From: Patescibacteria group bacterium
GTDB lineage: Bacteria; Patescibacteriota; Patescibacteriia; Patescibacteriales; UBA12465
Reading direction: 5' to 3'
DNA: 64,000 bases
NCBI GenBank assembly: GCA_028692765.1
Contig: JAQUWT010000002.1
Location: 34,049 to 98,048 of the forward strand
The notes under the pieces were generated by a model. The model did not search any database and was not told the DNA's origin. It was given only the letters and a program-made list of their open reading frames with translations. Numbering within the stretch: the stretch's first letter is position 1; each line of letters opens with the position of its first letter. Made by a program: the position numbers and the translations under genes. Below are positions 15,404 to 24,233 of this stretch, piece by piece.

Positions 15404-15432
15404 TTTATATAGTGCTTTTTTCTATAACTTCC

Positions 15433-15448
15433 TCCACGACCCCGAGCA
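15433..15448 (+). repeat. recombination-site core, copy 4 (TCCACGACCCCGAGCA)
   Basis: 15/16 identical to 7563-7578 and in the same orientation. It sits at the composition boundary of the island. Confidence 0.7.
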
Positions 15449-15454
15449 TAATTC

Positions 15455-15481
15455 AAAAATGAGCTGAAAGGCTCATTTTTG
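15455..15481. terminator. bidirectional hairpin terminator
   Basis: AAAAATGAGC-TGAAAG-GCTCATTTTT. Confidence 0.8.
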
Positions 15482-15599
15482 TTTAATATTTATTATATTA
15501 TTATTTTAAAAGTTATTGTAAAACTTAGTGGCTATTGATATTGTTAAATCTTTATTCTATATTTTTTTGTATTTTATTTTGTTTCCGTTACATTTCCCT

Positions 15600-16052
15600 C
15601 TATTTTTCACCTATCTTATGATAATGTCGGCTGATTAACCAATAAGAAAATCCGATAGCGGCCACGGCGGCGGCTAAAGCGAGTATATATAAAGGCCCAT
15701 CTTTACTAGCGTCTATAATGATAAATTTTCTGGCAACGGCGATAAGGGCGGTCGCCAGCACTAATTTTATGGGGATGACATCGGTGCGAATATACATCGC
15801 GATATTTTGAAAAATTTCTACGGCAATTAATACTAGCATTATTTCACTAAAAATTTTAATAAAACCAGGGCCGTCGAGAATAAAGCCATTATCTTTTATC
15901 ACTTTGTATATCACAAGCATGGAACTGATAACGCCCAGAATGATAAGCATGACGGTGAGAATAGCTAGAGATTTTATTGCTAAGACGATAGTATCGTGCA
16001 ACAAGCACATGAACTTTCCGTGTTTTTGAGAATAGTCGCAATCTTTGACCAT
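15600..16052 (-). CDS. four-TM membrane protein, PsiE-like
   Basis: 150 aa. The segment VLIAVEIFQNIAMYI...KLVLATALIAVARKFIIID resembles the phosphate-starvation-inducible PsiE family as I recall it. Confidence 0.4.
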   Translation of the reverse strand: MVKDCDYSQKHGKFMCLLHDTIVLAIKSLAILTVMLIILGVISSMLVIYKVIKDNGFILDGPGFIKIFSEIMLVLIAVEIFQNIAMYIRTDVIPIKLVLATALIAVARKFIIIDASKDGPLYILALAAAVAAIGFSYWLISRHYHKIGEK

Positions 16053-16194
16053 ATTTTTATAATTTATTTTTTTGCTTGTTATACAATAATATTTAAAAGT
16101 AACAAGATTGTCAATTACAATTAAGGGCGATGCTACTAGAATTATGTTATAATAATATTTAGAGATTATTCCCTATATTTTATATGATAGTTTT

Positions 16195-17469
16195 ATGAAA
16201 AAATCCATTTTAATATTCACCGGTTTGGTAAAAATTGATAAAAACTTGGTCGGAACCGCTGTTATTTATCGACAAATTGCCGAGATTTTCCAGCGTCAGG
16301 GATATAAGGTGAAGATGGTGGTGCCGGAGCTTTCTTTTGATAATAATTTAGGAGTTGAATATTATCAATATCAGGATAAAAATAACCGGCTTTTAATCAA
16401 GCAAGCAGATGCGGTAATTTTTGGCGCCTATCCGCCGACCGCTCCTCTTTTGGAGGCCTATCGGCAAAAAAAGATTATTGCCACCTATCTTTGGAGTATC
16501 GCTCCTATCGGTTCTTTGGAATTTAAAGATTATAAAAGTCCGGCGGAGCAGGCTAAGCTGCATTGTTTTATTACCGCTTCGTATAATCTTTCTTTGTTGT
16601 TGTCGGATAAGATATTTTGTCGGGATGAAGGCGTCAGGAAATTGGTGCTGGGTTCTTTAATCAGTCTCGGCCGGGTAAATCTTGATAATTATCAAAAAGA
16701 TTCCGGCTTGCATAATCTGGTTGAGGCTGCCCCATTCGGCGTTGACAGCCAAAAGCTGCCGAAGATTAAGGGCGGCTATTGGCAGAAATATGCCGGCATC
16801 AAGCCCGGTGATTTTATTTTAGTTTGGAATGGTGGTATTTGGAATTGGAATGACGGCGAAACTTTGGTGAGAGCGATGTTTTTGCTGAAAAAATATAGGA
16901 TTAAGCTTGTGTTCCAGGGATTTAAACATCCTGAGCCCGGGCAAAAGTCTTCGGTCGAAGCCGAAAAGACTCTGGCGCTGGCCGAACGTTTGCATCTTAT
17001 AAATAAGAATATATTTTTTATCGATGATTGGGTGCCTTATAACGAACGCTATCATTTTTTGGGAAATAGTGACGCCGGCATCGTTTGCTCCCCCGATATT
17101 CCGGAAGCTAATTTATTTTTTAAGACCAGAGTTTATGATTATCTGTGGGCGGAATTGCCTGTAATTTTGGGCGATTGCGAAGCTTTCGCTCCTCTGATAA
17201 AAACCCATAGCTTAGGCTTGATAGCCAAAACCGGGGTATCGTCGGACTGGGCTAAACAGATTTTGCTCTTAAGTCGAGATATTAATTTGCGCCAGCAGAT
17301 AAGGAAAAATATTAAAAAATACAAGCAAACAATCAGCTGGAACAAGACTTTGTCCCCCGTTCAGGCTTTTGCTATGCATCCCGCGGCCGCCGCCGACAGA
17401 TTGGTGGCGAATAATCATTTAGCGGAAGCAAGTATCCGCTTGAGCCTCGATATTATTTCATCTTTTTAA
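16195..17469 (+). CDS. glycosyltransferase (GT1/GT4-like)
   Basis: 424 aa. C-terminal FKTRVYDYLWAELPVILGD resembles the GT-B nucleotide-sugar binding region. Confidence 0.5.
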   Translation: MKKSILIFTGLVKIDKNLVGTAVIYRQIAEIFQRQGYKVKMVVPELSFDNNLGVEYYQYQDKNNRLLIKQADAVIFGAYPPTAPLLEAYRQKKIIATYLWSIAPIGSLEFKDYKSPAEQAKLHCFITASYNLSLLLSDKIFCRDEGVRKLVLGSLISLGRVNLDNYQKDSGLHNLVEAAPFGVDSQKLPKIKGGYWQKYAGIKPGDFILVWNGGIWNWNDGETLVRAMFLLKKYRIKLVFQGFKHPEPGQKSSVEAEKTLALAERLHLINKNIFFIDDWVPYNERYHFLGNSDAGIVCSPDIPEANLFFKTRVYDYLWAELPVILGDCEAFAPLIKTHSLGLIAKTGVSSDWAKQILLLSRDINLRQQIRKNIKKYKQTISWNKTLSPVQAFAMHPAAAADRLVANNHLAEASIRLSLDIISSF

Positions 17470-17598
17470 TTTTCTTAATTAGTCAGAAATCCCGTATGAG
17501 TATTCCCGCGTTTGCGGTATCGTTTCACACTTCGCAGTTCGCCGATGCATGCTCGTGCGTGGTTTCCTGATTATTTAAGATGATAAGTATGATAGAAT

Positions 17599-17626
17599 GG
17601 GTTAAGATTTATTTTAACCCTTTTTT
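17599..17626 (+). terminator. rho-independent terminator
   Basis: Stem GGGTTAA/TTAACCC followed by TTTTTT. Confidence 0.7.
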
Positions 17627-17866
17627 ATTTATCTAAATTAAGTTATCACTTCTGGAGTACGCTAAGAGCAAAAAACTATCTCATTCTAATCTAATTAATA
17701 AGGCTAATCGTCAAACAATTGAAATATTTTTAGAAAAAAATATTTGGAAAATTGGTGTCGATTTAAAGAAAGAAAAATAACAATCAATTGAATATATTTT
17801 TGCATTATTGAGAAAATATCATATTAATGCTATATTTATTGTATAAAGAACATAATTTATAATATT

Positions 17867-18481
17867 ATGAAAAAAATTACTATTTTAAGCCTGTTCGTTT
17901 TGGTTGTGGCTTTTTCTGGCTGTTCTGTGGCCGGCCGAAAATTTTCGGAGCCAAGCCAAGAATCTGCACAAGACAATTTGCTTGAAGCTGAAACGGGGAA
18001 TCAGACTCAAGAGTTAGAGAAAACAGAAAACATTATTTATGAAGATGCTAATTTTAATTTTAAGATAACAATGCCATTAAATTGGCAGGATTATAAAGTG
18101 CAAAGTAGAGAAGTCAAAAGAGAATTTTACGGCCTTACATATACAATCAACGAATTAGATTTTGGCTTTCCGGTAAAGTTATTGTATGATCAGGAAAACA
18201 ATGAAGTTAATGTGGAAAAATGCGATTCTTGCTTTATAAAAATTTTTACTCTGACTGTTTACAATCGGTCAGACTATGATGAAATAAGCGCAAACAATGA
18301 AGCTGAAATTGCTAAAAATGGCGCGACTCCGGCTACCAACCTGGGGAACCTGATCGGCAGTAATGGCAAATATGTTTTTATGGCTCCCAGCAATATCCAC
18401 GGGCAAGCTTATGACGGACAGTTTATTTATGATCGCCAAACCGAAGCGGCGGCTTTCTTGAGTGATTTTGAGGCTTATTAA
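17867..18481 (+). CDS. lipoprotein, function unknown
   Basis: Signal peptide with lipobox: MKKITILSLFVLVVAFSGCS. Confidence 0.65.
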   Translation: MKKITILSLFVLVVAFSGCSVAGRKFSEPSQESAQDNLLEAETGNQTQELEKTENIIYEDANFNFKITMPLNWQDYKVQSREVKREFYGLTYTINELDFGFPVKLLYDQENNEVNVEKCDSCFIKIFTLTVYNRSDYDEISANNEAEIAKNGATPATNLGNLIGSNGKYVFMAPSNIHGQAYDGQFIYDRQTEAAAFLSDFEAY

Positions 18482-18536
18482 TTTTAACGACCAAGCTTTG
18501 CAGATGAGATCTGCATGATAGTAAATTTTGTTTAAT

Positions 18537-18572
18537 AAAAAATGCCGGCTTGGCGATAAGCGGCATTTTTTA
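18537..18572 (+). terminator. rho-independent terminator
   Basis: AAAAAATGCCG...CGGCATTTTTT. Confidence 0.75.
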
Positions 18573-18626
18573 TTAAAAAGTTGTTTTGATTATTTTTTTA
18601 ATAGCATTAAGGATAAAGGGTTTGCT

Positions 18627-18716
18627 TCATTTTTTTCCTATTTTATGGCAGTAGCGACTGATTAACCGATAAGATAATCCGGTGGCGGCTAAAGCATAAT
18701 CATTATTTAAAAATCG
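18627..18716 (-). pseudogene. orphan 3' fragment of a PsiE-like gene
   Basis: The minus strand reads RFLNNDYALAATGLSYRLISRYCHKIGKK then a stop. Compare the C-terminus of the 15600-16052 protein: ALAAAVAAIGFSYWLISRHYHKIGEK. DNA homology is also visible (CTGATTAACC, GGCGGCTAAAGC). Confidence 0.55.
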
Positions 18717-18825
18717 TTAAAATTTATGTTTATAGTTGTTAAGCCCAGCGCTTCGCGTTTGTTCGACTGTTTTTCATTTTGATGTTATAATATTTAGTAA
18801 TATTGCAGATATTAATTATATTATT

Positions 18826-21800
18826 ATGAGGAAAAAATCTATTAAAAATTTTTTTGTTTATTTTATTTTGTTTAATGTTGTATTTTCCGGCCTATTGTTG
18901 CAGGTCAGACCGTCCAGAGCCGACGTCAATAAGACCATTGTCATTACTTTTAGCTCCGCGCCCAGTTTTGCCAATGTTGCGGCCGCCGATTTGAAATATA
19001 ACAAAAAATTTGCTTTCAGTTATTCTTTTGATGATGGCTTGATAAATGGTTATGACCCCGCTTTCAAATATATGACCGGCGGTTATTCTGATTATTTAGG
19101 CCAGTATTTTGGCGGTTTATATTTTACGGATGGAGCCGGCAATAATATTCCTTTTAGGGGCGGCTATGCTTTTTATAGCAGGAATGCCGAATATGTTGAC
19201 ATCCATATTAACACGCCCAGTTACATCAACTGGAACCAGTTGCAAGAAGCGGTCGATTATGGTTGGGATGTTTTTAATCACGGTTATGTTTCTGCCACGG
19301 TGCCGGTTGATGAGCCTGATAAAATTTATTACGTCGGCGATCCCGGCGGCCATGCCACCGGAACCTTGGATTATAGTTACGAATTGACGCAATTTAATGT
19401 TGATTTAGGCAGCAAAATTAGCTTGAAGGATGCATCCGGCAATGTATCGGGGGCTCTCAGTACTTCCCAGATAATTTTGCCCAACGGCGACAAAAATTAT
19501 ATTCAGCCCGGTTTTGATCTGGGCTTCAACTCAATTTACGCCCAAGATTCCGAATTCCCCTTTGACGGCGCCACTACCAGCGCTCCGGTATTTATTAATG
19601 TCAGCGATGCGATTAGTGCCAATAGACATGTGATGCAGAGGTGGTTTGCGACCGAGCAGCGTTATTCTGATGTCGGGGAATATCCGAATGGCGTCAATAA
19701 GCACGTGGATGATTTAGCTTCAATTAGTTCCAGTACTGATAGATATTGGGCTCAGGAATTCACTCATCAAATCTCCAATAGTGCTTATGCTCCCGATTGG
19801 AACGGCGGCATTACCTGGTCCACTTGGAAGAGTTTAATGGACCACATAGAGAATACTTATGGACGTTTCGGCGATGATAGTGCCTGGGTGGCCGGAGCGG
19901 AAGAAGTATATGATTATTTAATGGTGAAGCAAAATATTTCTTTTTCTCAAGTCTTATCCGGCAATCAATTGACGATAGAATTAGATTCATCGAGCGTGCC
20001 TGCTAATTTGAGGCATTATGCTCTGACCTTATTGATTGATGCCGATGCCCCAATCAGCAGCATCGATTACGGCTCCGATTTTACCCATCATTCCGATAAT
20101 AAAACCGACGGTTTGATTAATCTTGATTGGGGAATCAATCCTTATAGCCTTACCGATGTTTCCCGCGTTGAAAATTTGGTGGCTACTGCCGAGGCGAGTA
20201 AGCGGCAATCAGATATTGATGTCGCCCGCAGTTACAACAACCTTTTAACCGATTCTTCTCATTCTTCCGTTTCCGCCTTGAAAGCTTCTTATGCCGATAG
20301 GTTGGATGCTATCGTGATTCCTTTAAAGACTTGGTATGTCAATATTAAAGGCGGTGTTACTTTCGCGGCAAATTGTGCGTCTTCGGCCACTGCTTCTTTT
20401 TCGCCGTCTCCTTATAATTGGAATCATTTTTATGTGGGCAAGGGCGAACTATTATGCGGCGATTTGGTAAATTTGAAAGATTCTGACGGGCAAGCTTCAA
20501 CCTTATCCTTGGCTAATACCGCTCCTTTCGACGGCGGCTTGTCTTCTGCGTCGACCGGTAATAATTCCGGCTTGTATCCGGATGCGGTGCTGGTCGATAA
20601 CGCCAGTATCTATTCTTCCGCCGGCAATCCCGCCAAGATTAAAATTTATGGCTTGGAAAATATTAAAACTTATAATATCAAATTATTCGGCTATACTTCC
20701 GCCGGTCATGTTTCAGAAGATGTGGATACCACTAATTATACCATCGGCACCACAACCCTGCCTTTAATTGTCCAGGGCAATATTTCAAATTATGTGGAAT
20801 TTATCGATGTCTTACCGGTTAACGGCGAAATAGAAATTACGATTGTGCCCAAAGTTCCTTCTTGGGGCTTTGGTATGCTTAATGCCATGGAAATTAAGGA
20901 GAATATCTTAAGCGCTCCCGCTGGTCTATCTTATACTTCGCCTCAGACCTACACTAAAAACGCCGCAATCACCGCTTTGTCGCCGACGGTGACCGGGCAA
21001 GGCATAACATACAGCGTTTCTCCGGCCCTGCCCACTGGTTTGTCTTTAAACACCACCACCGGAGTTATTTCCGGCACGCCTAGCGTTTTAGCTTCAAAAG
21101 CTGCTTATACCATAACCGCTGCCAACACCGGCGGCAGTACGACCTTCGCTTTATCTTTGACTGTTAATGATCTTGCTCCCGCTGATTTATCTTATACTTC
21201 GCCTCAGACCTACACTAAAAACGCCGCAATCACCGCTTTGTCGCCGACGGTGACCGGGCAGAATATAATTTATAGTGTTTCTCCGGCCTTGCCCGCCGGT
21301 TTGTCTTTGAACACCGCTACCGGAGTTATTTCCGGTACGCCCAGCGCCGTGGCCTCGACGACCGCTTACACCGTGACCGCTGCCAACACCGGCGGCAGTA
21401 CGACCTTCGCTTTATCTTTGACCGTTAATGATGTTGCTCCCGCTGATTTATCTTATACTTCGCCGCAAACATACACTCAGGACGAAGCCATCACCGCTTT
21501 GTCGCCGACGGTAACCGGACAAAATTTAACATACAGCGTTTCTCCGGCTTTACCCGCCGGCCTGTCTTTAGACACCGCTACCGGAGTTATTTCCGGTACG
21601 CCCAGCGCCGTGGCCTCGACGACCGCTTACACCATAACCGCTGCCAACACCGGCGGCAGTACGACCTTCGCTTTATCTTTGACTGTCAACGGGCGCGTTT
21701 ATAATTTAAATTATATTGCCGGGCAAAACGGCAGTATTTCCGGAAATGCCACGCAAAATGTCGTAGCCGGCGGTAACGGCGCCGAAGTTGTGGCGGTTCC

Positions 21801-22806
21801 TGACAGCGGCTATCATTTTTCTGCTTGGTCGGACGGTTTGTCTACCGCCGCCCGAAGAGATCTTAATATCGGCGAACATAAAACTGTGACCGCTATTTTT
21901 GCCGTTGACGCGAGCAATAATGTTTCCGTGTCTATGCCGGCCGGACGCGGCCAAGGTACGGCGGATGTATCGATACCGATGAATGGCAGTAAATCTCTGG
22001 GCAATGTTGACGGCGGCGGTTTTAATGTTTTAGCTTATTTGAATGCCACTGCGGAGTTTACGGTGCCGGAGAGCGCCAATTCCTGGCAATTGGGCCGGCA
22101 CAGCGTTCAAATCACTGATTTAGATTTATTGCATAATCAAGCCACTATTTTAATTGAGTCTCAGCCTCAATATTTGACTTTAAGTCTTGGTGAAAGCAAA
22201 AAAGTTGATTTGGATGGGGACGGAATTGATGATCTTGAATTTACTTTTGTCGACGTATATATTAATCGGGCCGAGATTACCTTAAAGTCACTAGATAAGC
22301 AGAGATCGCCGGCTGTTGATGCTGCCGCGAGTAGCCAAGCTTTTATTTTAGCGGAGAAAAAAATGGCGGCCGATATCGACTCTAGATTGTCCTCTCGCTT
22401 GTCGGGGAGAATTTTACTTCAGGTGGAAAATAAAGGCAGGGCCTGGTATCTTGATCCGGTTTCAGTCACCCGTTATTATTTGGCAGATGGCCAGACAGCG
22501 TATGAAATTATGCGCCGATTCGGACTGGGTATCAATAATCAAGATTTGGCAAAAATTCCGGTTGCCGCCGATTCGTCTTTACCCGCCGATTATCGGAGCA
22601 GTCAGAGTTATTCTCCTGCTTTGGCCGGTCGTTTGTCCGGCAGAATCGTATTGCAGGTGGAAAATAAAGGCGAAGCTTGGTATGTCGATCCCGTATCCCG
22701 CACCCGTTATTATTTGGCCGATGGCGAGGCCGCTTATCGGCTCATGCGCACGCTTGCTTTAGGCATCACCGATGATAATATACATAAAATTGCCGTGGGC
22801 GATTAA
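18826..22806 (+). CDS. large secreted/surface protein: NodB-like deacetylase region, three 87-aa Ig-like repeats, and a duplicated C-terminal ~58-aa module
   Basis: ATG 18826 gives the signal-anchor MRKKSIKNFFVYFILFNVVFSGLLL. FSYSFDDG is a NodB-like motif. There are three LSYTSPQTYT...GVISGTPS...TAANTGGSTTFALSLTVN repeats and two GRI(L/V)LQVENKG.AWY.DPVS.TRYYLADG modules. Confidence 0.7.
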   Translation: MRKKSIKNFFVYFILFNVVFSGLLLQVRPSRADVNKTIVITFSSAPSFANVAAADLKYNKKFAFSYSFDDGLINGYDPAFKYMTGGYSDYLGQYFGGLYFTDGAGNNIPFRGGYAFYSRNAEYVDIHINTPSYINWNQLQEAVDYGWDVFNHGYVSATVPVDEPDKIYYVGDPGGHATGTLDYSYELTQFNVDLGSKISLKDASGNVSGALSTSQIILPNGDKNYIQPGFDLGFNSIYAQDSEFPFDGATTSAPVFINVSDAISANRHVMQRWFATEQRYSDVGEYPNGVNKHVDDLASISSSTDRYWAQEFTHQISNSAYAPDWNGGITWSTWKSLMDHIENTYGRFGDDSAWVAGAEEVYDYLMVKQNISFSQVLSGNQLTIELDSSSVPANLRHYALTLLIDADAPISSIDYGSDFTHHSDNKTDGLINLDWGINPYSLTDVSRVENLVATAEASKRQSDIDVARSYNNLLTDSSHSSVSALKASYADRLDAIVIPLKTWYVNIKGGVTFAANCASSATASFSPSPYNWNHFYVGKGELLCGDLVNLKDSDGQASTLSLANTAPFDGGLSSASTGNNSGLYPDAVLVDNASIYSSAGNPAKIKIYGLENIKTYNIKLFGYTSAGHVSEDVDTTNYTIGTTTLPLIVQGNISNYVEFIDVLPVNGEIEITIVPKVPSWGFGMLNAMEIKENILSAPAGLSYTSPQTYTKNAAITALSPTVTGQGITYSVSPALPTGLSLNTTTGVISGTPSVLASKAAYTITAANTGGSTTFALSLTVNDLAPADLSYTSPQTYTKNAAITALSPTVTGQNIIYSVSPALPAGLSLNTATGVISGTPSAVASTTAYTVTAANTGGSTTFALSLTVNDVAPADLSYTSPQTYTQDEAITALSPTVTGQNLTYSVSPALPAGLSLDTATGVISGTPSAVASTTAYTITAANTGGSTTFALSLTVNGRVYNLNYIAGQNGSISGNATQNVVAGGNGAEVVAVPDSGYHFSAWSDGLSTAARRDLNIGEHKTVTAIFAVDASNNVSVSMPAGRGQGTADVSIPMNGSKSLGNVDGGGFNVLAYLNATAEFTVPESANSWQLGRHSVQITDLDLLHNQATILIESQPQYLTLSLGESKKVDLDGDGIDDLEFTFVDVYINRAEITLKSLDKQRSPAVDAAASSQAFILAEKKMAADIDSRLSSRLSGRILLQVENKGRAWYLDPVSVTRYYLADGQTAYEIMRRFGLGINNQDLAKIPVAADSSLPADYRSSQSYSPALAGRLSGRIVLQVENKGEAWYVDPVSRTRYYLADGEAAYRLMRTLALGITDDNIHKIAVGD
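20914..21696 (+). repeat. three tandem 261-bp near-identical coding repeats
   Basis: Units begin at 20914, 21175 and 21436 (GCTCCCGCTG.TYTATCTTATACTTCGCC). Long identical stretches include CCGCTGCCAACACCGGCGGCAGTACGACCTTCGCTTTATCTTTGAC. Confidence 0.9.
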
Positions 22807-22829
22807 TATTTGACGCTTTATATTCAATT

Positions 22830-22865
22830 ACCTACCCAGCCCTTAAAGCCGCGGTAGGTTTTTTG
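22830..22865 (+). terminator. rho-independent terminator
   Basis: Stem ACCTACC...GGTAGGT followed by TTTTT. Confidence 0.65.
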
Positions 22866-22978
22866 TCGGTGCATTTTCGCCTTATATAATCATTTTAATT
22901 AATATTAGCCTTTTTATTAGAAAATGGTTTGTTTTTTCACCGTATTTGTTTTACACTTTAAAGGTTAATGATAAAACC

Positions 22979-24217
22979 ATGAAAATTACTAAAAAAATAT
23001 TATATCCAGCGGCCGTCCTTGTGATTATAGTCGCCGGAGCCGTTTATCTATATTTTAATGCCGCTTCAGTTTCCCGGGAGCCGATGAAGGCGGCGGAGGC
23101 TGATACCATCCCTCTGCCGACGGATTACCAGGAAAAGATATTAATTGAAACTGGTGCCACTTTTGGCAGCTTAATGGCTAACGCCGGCATCAAAAGCGGC
23201 TTGATTCAATCGATTTATGCCGCCGCTCAGCCGGAATATGATTTGGCCAATGTCCGCGCCGGCCATTTTTTGGAATTGAATTTTGCGCCTGATTCCAGGG
23301 TATTTAAAAATCTAGTCTATAAAATCGATTCGGAAAAAGAATTGCGCGTCGATTGCAAAATTGCCGATGAAGCGGAAGGAACGGATAATGTCTGCGATTC
23401 CCGAGTCGAGGCGATTCCTTATGAAATCAAAACCGTTGTTAAAGAAGGCAGGATTGAAAATTCTTTGTATGCCGACGCTCTGGCCGGCGGTATCGATGAA
23501 CGGGCCATTATCGCTTTGGCCGACGCTTTCCAGTGGAGCGTCGACTTTGCTTTGGACCCGCGCGCCGGCGACACCTTTAAGTTTATTTACGAGGAGCGTT
23601 ATTTGAACGGAGAATATCAGATGCCGGGGAAAATTCTAGCCGGCCAGTATATTAATGACGGTAAAAAATATCAAGTCTATTATTTTAAGGAGAGCGAGGA
23701 TAACGAAGGCTATTTTGATGAAAACGGCAATTCCGTGCAGAAACTGTTTTTGAAAGCGCCGGTGGCCTTTAAGTATATTTCCTCCGGTTTTACGACCGGC
23801 TTGAGATATGTCGAAGCTTTTAATGTTTCCACCGGCCATCGTGCCGTTGATTACGCGGCCGCTTACGGCACGCCGATTCGGGCGGTCGGCGACGGCACGG
23901 TGATTTTTGCCGCCTATAACGGCGCTTATGGCAATATGGTAAAAATCAGGCATAATGGCACCTATCAGACCAATTACGGTCATATGTCCAAATTTGCCGT
24001 CAAGAAGGGTGCGCAGGTCAAGCAGGGGGATATCATCGGCTATGTCGGCTCTACCGGTTTTTCCACCGGCCCACATTTGCATTATGAGATGGAGAAGAAT
24101 GGGGTAAAAATAAATCCTTTATTGGAAGTTTTGCCTCCGGGGCAGGCGATTGCCCAAGAAAATCAGGAAAGATTTTTTAATAGTATTAAAGAGTGGCAGG
24201 CGCAGCTGGATAATTAA
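22979..24217 (+). CDS. M23 family metallopeptidase (LytM-type) with an N-terminal membrane anchor
   Basis: HRAVDYAA and GSTGFSTGPHLHYE motifs. ATG 22979 (MKITKKILYPAAVLVIIVAG) is preferred over the TTG at 22946. Confidence 0.85.
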   Translation: MKITKKILYPAAVLVIIVAGAVYLYFNAASVSREPMKAAEADTIPLPTDYQEKILIETGATFGSLMANAGIKSGLIQSIYAAAQPEYDLANVRAGHFLELNFAPDSRVFKNLVYKIDSEKELRVDCKIADEAEGTDNVCDSRVEAIPYEIKTVVKEGRIENSLYADALAGGIDERAIIALADAFQWSVDFALDPRAGDTFKFIYEERYLNGEYQMPGKILAGQYINDGKKYQVYYFKESEDNEGYFDENGNSVQKLFLKAPVAFKYISSGFTTGLRYVEAFNVSTGHRAVDYAAAYGTPIRAVGDGTVIFAAYNGAYGNMVKIRHNGTYQTNYGHMSKFAVKKGAQVKQGDIIGYVGSTGFSTGPHLHYEMEKNGVKINPLLEVLPPGQAIAQENQERFFNSIKEWQAQLDN

Positions 24218-24233
24218 TTTAATCATTAAATTT

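Larger units (their letters stand above)
8600..15448. mobile_element. putative site-bounded ~6.8 kb recombinase-carrying unit (copy 3 to copy 4 of the core)
   Basis: Direct copies of the core lie at 8621-8636 and 15433-15448. The AT-rich composition ends within about 150 bp of copy 4. Cargo is the recombinase, HTH genes and an R-M system. Confidence 0.45.
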
